IMG/VR virus record: IMGVR_UViG_3300045988_116487
DNA from: a virus
Length of the DNA stretch: 18,759 bases
Direction: 5' to 3' (one strand)
Shown here: positions 14,483-18,759 of the stretch, piece by piece
Numbering within the stretch: position 1 is the first letter of the stretch
How the letters are laid out: every line of letters begins with the position of its first letter
Program-made: the position numbers and the translations under genes
The notes under the pieces: model-generated
What the model was told of the DNA's origin: nothing
The model's input: only the letters and a program-made list of their open reading frames with translations
The model's database searches: none

Positions 14483-14752
14483 ATGGTGGATTTCATCACC
14501 GCGATAGCCGGCGCGTGCGGCGTCGCGTTCGGCGCTGCCGTGCAGGCCGTTGTGGCGTGGCTCAACAACAAAGCCACCCACGAGGAAAACAGCGCCGACA
14601 TGCTCCACGAAGCGCAAACAGAACTCAAGGACACCATGGCCGACATGAATCTGTTGTGGGAGCATAACCGCGCGCTCATCGACCACATATACAGGGGCGC
14701 GCCACCACCCCCGCCGAACCCGCCCGAAGGCTTGTTCAAACACGACAACTAA
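14483..14752 (+). CDS. Single-pass membrane protein of the lysis cassette (89 aa; holin-like or lysis accessory)
   Basis: ATG 14483 with gaaaggaa upstream. It has an N-terminal TM helix (FITAIAGACGVAFGAAVQAVVAWL), then a coiled coil and a Pro-rich tail. It lies immediately upstream of the endolysin. Confidence 0.7.
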   Translation: MVDFITAIAGACGVAFGAAVQAVVAWLNNKATHEENSADMLHEAQTELKDTMADMNLLWEHNRALIDHIYRGAPPPPPNPPEGLFKHDN

Positions 14753-14764
14753 AAGGACACAACA

Positions 14765-15649
14765 ATGGCATTGAACATCAAACAAGTGCCCAGCCCGAAC
14801 CATTACAACGGGCGCAACGGGCATCGGGTGACTCACATCACCCTGCACATCATGGTCGGCCGTCTCGCCGGCACCGACGCCGTTTTCCAGCGGCCGAGTT
14901 CGCAGGCTTCGGCCCATTACGGCATCGGCGGCACGGGTGAGATTCACCAGTACGTGAGCGAAGCCAACGGCTCATATTCCGACGCGAATTTTTCGAGCAA
15001 CAACAGCACCATCAGCATCGAGCATGAAGGCGGTATGGCCGGTGTGCCCATGACCGACGCATGCGTGGAGGCGTCCGCACAGTTGTGCGCGGACATTAGC
15101 CGCCGTTACGGGCTCGGCAAGCTCTGGCACGACGGGTTGAACGGCAACGTGTGGCTGCACCGCGAGATACCCGGCACGGACCATTACGGATGCCCCGACC
15201 GAGCACCGAACGGTCTGCCCGTCCAACGGGTCATCGACCGCGCCAATCAATTGTTAACCAATCCATCTAGTCAAGGAGAAACAGAAATGAGCACAGCACT
15301 GGTTATCTGGGACGACGACAGCGGCGTGGGCTACTACTGGAGCCCCGAAACCGGCCGCGTCGGCCTATCACACCCGGACCAGGTCGTGGTGTTGAAGAAC
15401 GCCGGCGTGAAAGAGATTCACAGCAGCAAGAAAGCCCCGTGGGCGGCGCGCGCCGATCAAATCAGCCAATTCGTGCAGGCCAAGACGACCGCGTACGAGA
15501 AGGCTCAGACGGCCGCGTTGGAGGCCATGGCCAAGAGCATCGGCGCGGACCCGAACACCATCGCCGACACCGTGCGCAAGGCCGTGGAAAGCAAGTTGGC
15601 CACGCTCGACATCCAGATCACCACCAAGGACAAGGGGACGGGCAAATGA
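14765..15649 (+). CDS. Endolysin: N-acetylmuramoyl-L-alanine amidase (Amidase_2/PGRP-type) plus C-terminal domain (294 aa)
   Basis: VTHITLHIMVG ... AHYGIG ... NNSTISIEHEG ... LHREIPGTDHYGCP is the Amidase_2 zinc-amidase pattern. The C-terminal 120 aa follow an AT-richer linker that contains a perfect internal AAGGAG (15273-15278) and an in-frame ATG at 15287. Confidence 0.9.
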   Translation: MALNIKQVPSPNHYNGRNGHRVTHITLHIMVGRLAGTDAVFQRPSSQASAHYGIGGTGEIHQYVSEANGSYSDANFSSNNSTISIEHEGGMAGVPMTDACVEASAQLCADISRRYGLGKLWHDGLNGNVWLHREIPGTDHYGCPDRAPNGLPVQRVIDRANQLLTNPSSQGETEMSTALVIWDDDSGVGYYWSPETGRVGLSHPDQVVVLKNAGVKEIHSSKKAPWAARADQISQFVQAKTTAYEKAQTAALEAMAKSIGADPNTIADTVRKAVESKLATLDIQITTKDKGTGK

Positions 15650-15906
15650 GCGACCCCGTGAATACTCCGGGAGTGGCCGACCACAAGGCCACCGGCAGCA
15701 TGGACGCGGAGAAGGGCTACACGCCCGTGTTCAACAACACCGTGCGCACCATCGCGTATGTGGCCGGTCTCATCGCCGTAGCGGTCGGTTTCGGTTTCAC
15801 CCAGTTCGGTGACCCGACCGTGGGCGATTACATCACCACCGTGGGCGGTCTTATCGCTGGTGGTTTCGGCGTGGCATACAATCCGCTGCGCATGGCCGGA
15901 AAGTAG
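15646..15906 (+). CDS. Holin, two transmembrane segments (86 aa)
   Basis: ATG 15646 in an ATGA overlap with the endolysin stop. It has two hydrophobic helices (TIAYVAGLIAVAVGFGF, ITTVGGLIAGGFGVAY). The position after the lysin is typical of actinophages. Confidence 0.8.
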   Translation: MSDPVNTPGVADHKATGSMDAEKGYTPVFNNTVRTIAYVAGLIAVAVGFGFTQFGDPTVGDYITTVGGLIAGGFGVAYNPLRMAGK

Positions 15907-15913
15907 CCCAATC

Positions 15914-16399
15914 ATGACGATGGTGCACATACGATTACGCGCCCCGACCAACGGCGGCACCCGTGCCGGCGTCGGCATGGTCGTGTTCCAACCATCCGCC
16001 CGTCATACCGACGACGCAAGTGTGGTGTTGCCCGACACGTTCACCGTGGTGCTGGACGAAGAAGGCGAAGCCACCGTGGACATCCAGCCCACCGGTCCCG
16101 ACTGGTGTTGGAAAACCGACGAGCAAGTGCCCTACGGGTCTATTCGCTGGTTCACCGTGCCCGACACGGCCGGCACGCTGGAATACGCGGAACTTACGGA
16201 CGTGGACCCGCGCACGTTCAAACCGGGACGCAACCTCGCCGCATGGCAGGCCGTCACCGGCGACATCAAAACCATGATCGACAGCATGCCCCGGTTCCTC
16301 ACCGGGCACGGCTCCCCGACCATCGACGGCAAGCCGGGTGACATCTACCTCGACTTGGACACCATGGACCTCTACACCAACAACCAAGAAAGGAACTAA
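15914..16399 (+). CDS. Minor tail / fibre-like protein encoded downstream of the lysis cassette (161 aa)
   Basis: The pattern VVFQP...[23 protein letters not shown]...[26 protein letters not shown] and the C-terminal [16 protein letters not shown] resemble conserved actinophage minor tail proteins, as I recall them. The start is uncertain (15914 or 15920) and there is no clear SD. Confidence 0.65.
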   Translation: MTMVHIRLRAPTNGGTRAGVGMVVFQPSARHTDDASVVLPDTFTVVLDEEGEATVDIQPTGPDWCWKTDEQVPYGSIRWFTVPDTAGTLEYAELTDVDPRTFKPGRNLAAWQAVTGDIKTMIDSMPRFLTGHGSPTIDGKPGDIYLDLDTMDLYTNNQERN

Positions 16400-16401
16400 C
16401 C

Positions 16402-16665
16402 ATGGCATTCGGAAAAATCGGCAGTCTTCGCGGCGAACAGGGACCACAGGGCCCACGCGGACCCGAGGGACCGCAGGGGCCGCAGGGCGACAGGGGCGAT
16501 CCGGGCCCCGCCGGAGCCAGGGGCGAAACCGGCGCGCCCGGCCCCGCTGGTCCGGCGGGTCCGGGCATCGTGTTCACCCAGGGTGCTCCCACCGGCAGCG
16601 GCGTGGCCGGCGCGATGTACGTGGACAAAACCACGTTCGATGTGTACGTGTGGAGAGCCGACTAA
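16402..16665 (+). CDS. Collagen-like (Gly-X-Y) fibre protein (87 aa)
   Basis: RBS gaaagga, ATG 16402. A run of about 18 Gly-X-Y triplets ([45 protein letters not shown]) is followed by [15 protein letters not shown]. Confidence 0.8.
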   Translation: MAFGKIGSLRGEQGPQGPRGPEGPQGPQGDRGDPGPAGARGETGAPGPAGPAGPGIVFTQGAPTGSGVAGAMYVDKTTFDVYVWRAD

Positions 16666-16778
16666 TGGCCTACGACCGCATCGGCAATCTGAAAGGCAGC
16701 ACGCCCGATGACGCCAAGCTCCGCGCGTTGATTCTCGCGGTGTTGAAGACCGTCACATGGGCGCAACTGTCAGGCTGA
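16665..16778 (+). CDS. 37-aa ORF resembling only the N-terminal start of a fibre protein
   Basis: TAATG overlap with the collagen-like gene. [16 protein letters not shown] parallels the [14 protein letters not shown] start of the preceding gene. Its 3' end overlaps the convergent recombinase gene by 9 nt. Confidence 0.4.
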   Translation: MAYDRIGNLKGSTPDDAKLRALILAVLKTVTWAQLSG

Positions 16779-17597
16779 GAGCAGCACGGCGGCCATGCCC
16801 GCGCGCAGCCGTTCGTCTGGCATTGCCACGTACACCTGTGTCGTTTCCACGCTCGCGTGACCGAGCAGCTTGGACACCAGCAGCAGGTCGTGCGTGGCTT
16901 GCCACGTGGCGGTAGCATACCGGTGGCGCAGGCTGTGCGCGGTCCATCCGTCACCGAGCAGGCTCGACAGTCTGTCGCCTATGTAGCTTTCCTCGACGTG
17001 CCCGCCGAACCGGCCGGGGAACACGTACCCATCGCACGCGCTTATCAGGTCGGCCAAGTCGTCGGGTAACGGCACTATGCGCTGTTTGTCGCCCTTGCCA
17101 TTGACCACCAGCGACCGGCCAACGAGATCGTCAACCACGTCGCCGCTGGACACCCGGCCTATCTCGCCACGCCTTAAACCGCACTCGGCACCGAGCCGCA
17201 GCATGATTCTCTCGGACTCGCTGGCACGCCCCAACGCGGCCAATATCACCTTGTCCGGGCACGGGCGCGGATGAGGTCTAGGACGTTTGGTTTTAGGCAG
17301 TTCCATGCTTGGGTCATCATTGCGCCGGCCGGTCTGCCGCATCCATGCGAAGAAGCTGGACACCGTGTTGCGGTACGCTTTGCGTGTTTCCGGTTTCCAG
17401 GATTGCGAGGCGAACCACTGTGTCATCATCTCGCAGGTGACTTCATACGGCGAGACACCCAGACATACGGCCGTGTATGTCATTTTTCGCCGTCTGGTCA
17501 ATAGTGTTTGCTCGCTGCGGCCACCGGCCTTCAGTGCCGCGAGCCATCCGGTCAATTCCTCACGCCATAACGGGGGCGCTACCCATTTTTTCGTCAT
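16770..17597 (-). CDS. Tyrosine recombinase 1 (275 aa, short Xer/Rci-like; candidate fibre invertase)
   Basis: Catalytic signature present: ECGLRRGEI (Arg I), GKGDKQRIVP (Lys), HSLRHRYAT (His-x-x-Arg), LLGHASVETTQVYVAM (His, Tyr). A SAM-like N-domain is present and no long arm-binding domain is apparent. It is a paralog of the 17790-18614 product. Confidence 0.9.
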   Translation of the reverse strand: MTKKWVAPPLWREELTGWLAALKAGGRSEQTLLTRRRKMTYTAVCLGVSPYEVTCEMMTQWFASQSWKPETRKAYRNTVSSFFAWMRQTGRRNDDPSMELPKTKRPRPHPRPCPDKVILAALGRASESERIMLRLGAECGLRRGEIGRVSSGDVVDDLVGRSLVVNGKGDKQRIVPLPDDLADLISACDGYVFPGRFGGHVEESYIGDRLSSLLGDGWTAHSLRHRYATATWQATHDLLLVSKLLGHASVETTQVYVAMPDERLRAGMAAVLLSA

Positions 17598-17613
17598 GAC
17601 ACATCATGTGTCA
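17597..17613. promoter_or_regulatory. Perfect palindrome TGACACA-TCA-TGTGTCA overlapping the start codon of recombinase 1
   Basis: Arms of 7 bp with a 3-bp centre, seen directly. Base 17597 is the first base of the minus-strand ATG. Confidence 0.4.
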
Positions 17614-17657
17614 CGCCGCTAAACTTAGAATCAGCCGGGGCATGGATTTGGACCTTG

Positions 17658-17705
17658 GACCTCTGGGATACCCAGAGGTCACAGGTTCAAATCCTGTCCC
17701 CGCTA
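17658..17705 (+). other. attP core region: 10-3-10 palindrome plus the 3' part of a tRNA-Met-like gene (not a functional tRNA)
   Basis: 17671-17705 (cccagaggtcacaggttcaaatcctgtccccgcta) reads as the anticodon-stem 3' strand, variable loop, T-arm (ACAGG-TTCAAAT-CCTGT), acceptor 3' strand and discriminator of a Met-type tRNA, as I recall those sequences. The left arm gacctctggg (17658-17667) is a perfect inverted copy of cccagaggtc (17671-17680). The would-be anticodon loop is only 3 nt (ata). Confidence 0.7.
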
Positions 17706-17718
17706 CGAATCGCGGGAG

Positions 17719-17752
17719 GCCGTCACGAATTTATCGTGACGGCTTTTTGTTT
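17719..17752 (+). terminator. Rho-independent terminator downstream of the tRNA fragment
   Basis: Stem gccgtcacga / tcgtgacggc (10 bp perfect), loop attta, then tttttgttt. After integration it would terminate the reconstituted host tRNA. Confidence 0.8.
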
Positions 17753-17789
17753 CCTAGCAGCATTATTGCCGATTGGACGATGATGTCCC

Positions 17790-18614
17790 GTGAAAAAACA
17801 ACATCCAGCCCCACTCTGGGCAGAATCTATCAACATGTGGCTCGACTCACTGAAGGCGGCGGGCTACTCCACCAACACGCTCAACACGCGGCGCTGCCAG
17901 ATGAGCGCACTGTCGCGGGCGCTTGAGGGCGATCCTAAGGACGTGGAAGGCGACGACCTGCTCGCCCACTTCGCCGCGAAGGACTGGAAGCCCGAGACAC
18001 GCAAGGGCGCGAAGAACGCCTGCGTCAGCTATTTCCGATGGCTCAAAGCGTCCGGCCGCAGCGAGGCCGATCCGAGCGAGTTCCTACCCACCGTCAAGCG
18101 TCCCGAACCGCATCCCCGGCCATGCCCGGACGTGGTCATACTCACCGCACTGCGCAAGGCCACGGACAGCGAACGGCTCATGCTGCGTCTCGGCGCGGAA
18201 TGCGGTTTGAGACGCTTCGAGATAGCGAAGGTGCACAGCCGCGACGTCATGCGCGACCTCGTGGGCTGGAGCCTCGTCGTCGTAGGCAAGGGCGACAAGC
18301 AACGCATCGTGCCGATCGGCGACGACCTCGCCCTGCTGATCCGCTCCGCCCACGGCTATCTGTTCCCCGGCCGGTGGAGCGGCCACGCCGAATCATCCTA
18401 CGTCGGCCGACACCTGAGCGACCTCTTGGGCGACGGATGGACGGCCCACAGCCTGCGCCACAGGTACGCGACCACGACCTACGCCGCCACACGAGACCTG
18501 CTGCTCGTCTCCAAGCTCTTGGGGCACGCCTCGGTCGAGACCACGCAACGGTACATCGCCATGCCCGACGACCGGCTGCGCGCCGCAGTGGAAGCCACGC
18601 GCCTCGCCGCATGA
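17790..18614 (+). CDS. Tyrosine recombinase 2 (274 aa; candidate integrase)
   Basis: GTG start supported by alignment with the paralog (KKQHPAPLW vs TKKWVAPPLW). Same catalytic signature: ECGLRRFEI, GKGDKQRIVP, HSLRHRYAT, LLGHASVETTQRYIAM. It lies just downstream of the tRNA fragment in the same orientation, the usual tRNA-int arrangement. Confidence 0.9.
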   Translation: MKKQHPAPLWAESINMWLDSLKAAGYSTNTLNTRRCQMSALSRALEGDPKDVEGDDLLAHFAAKDWKPETRKGAKNACVSYFRWLKASGRSEADPSEFLPTVKRPEPHPRPCPDVVILTALRKATDSERLMLRLGAECGLRRFEIAKVHSRDVMRDLVGWSLVVVGKGDKQRIVPIGDDLALLIRSAHGYLFPGRWSGHAESSYVGRHLSDLLGDGWTAHSLRHRYATTTYAATRDLLLVSKLLGHASVETTQRYIAMPDDRLRAAVEATRLAA

Positions 18615-18649
18615 TGTTGCATTGATGTCATATTGATGTATGATAGATG
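18611..18649 (+). promoter_or_regulatory. AT-rich early promoter candidate (TTGCAT-16 nt-TATGAT) embedded in four (T/A)GATGT repeats at exact 11-bp spacing
   Basis: TGATGT occurs at 18611, 18622 and 18633, and AGATGT at 18644. The -35-like TTGCAT is at 18616-18621 and the -10-like TATGAT at 18638-18643. AGGAGG and the ATG of the 39-aa ORF follow directly. Confidence 0.45.
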
Positions 18650-18660
18650 TTATTAGGAGG

Positions 18661-18759
18661 AATGTGCGGCACGCGACCGTTCACCTTGCGCGACTTGACC
18701 CGCATTGCTGATTTCTTCGATGTGAGCGTCGATTTCCTTCTTGGTCGTTCTGATTATGC
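18661..18759. repeat. Terminal direct repeat, copy 2 (identical to 1-99)
   Basis: Base-for-base identical to 1-99. It contains the first 98 nt of the same 39-aa ORF annotated at 2-121. Confidence 0.9.

Noticed and set aside
16432-16560. Highly repetitive GGN-CCN-rich DNA that could be mistaken for a tandem repeat or CRISPR-like array
   Set aside because: It is the coding sequence of Gly-X-Y collagen-like triplets in a clean ORF. There is no repeat-spacer periodicity.
17633-17705. Possible complete 73-nt tRNA gene
   Set aside because: The acceptor, T-arm and length look tRNA-like. However, the anticodon stem closes on a 3-nt loop (ata), the D-arm pairs poorly and position 8 is G. It is better explained as an attP copy of a host tRNA 3' part plus a palindromic extension. 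tRNAscan-SE or ARAGORN would settle it.

Overview
The window begins and ends with the same 99 nt (1-99 = 18661-18759), so it reads as one complete circular element of about 18,660 bp. This is most simply an assembly overlap of an excised or replicating phage genome. By eye it is high-GC and tightly packed, with many ATGA/TGATG start-stop overlaps. The content is a compact temperate siphovirus-type genome. In order it carries: a short early region of tiny ORFs with one antisense membrane-protein gene (0.1-1.5 kb); a ~450-bp structured non-coding region with two tandem DnaA-box-like 9-mers; two Xis/MerR-like HTH proteins; an HNH endonuclease fused to a P-loop domain; TerS, TerL and portal; a prohead-protease/major-capsid fusion; neck proteins and a tail tube candidate; a tail chaperone with a -1 frameshift site; tape measure; a 509-aa minor tail protein; a 197-aa tail fibre/RBP; a lysis cassette (membrane protein, amidase endolysin, 2-TM holin); three more fibre-like ORFs including a collagen-like one; and two paralogous short tyrosine recombinases. 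The recombinases diverge from an attP that carries the 3' part of a tRNA-Met-like gene plus a terminator. The tRNA-Met attP, GC content and collagen-like fibres suggest a Bifidobacterium-type (actinobacterial) prophage, but this is inference. The main finding is a ~0.5-kb invertible segment (13923-14458). It is bounded by 20-bp inverted repeats (18/20 identical) placed in the same codon register (QGYE) inside the fibre gene and at the head of a start-less antisense cassette. Inversion would swap the last ~84 aa of the receptor-binding protein for a diverged paralogous ~83-aa C-terminus. No serine invertase is encoded, so one of the two tyrosine recombinases is the likely invertase. In concept this resembles the tyrosine-recombinase Rin system I recall being reported for bifidobacterial prophages. 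No replication, repressor or anti-repressor genes are recognisable, and the only XRE-like ORF is a 39-aa C-terminal stub.
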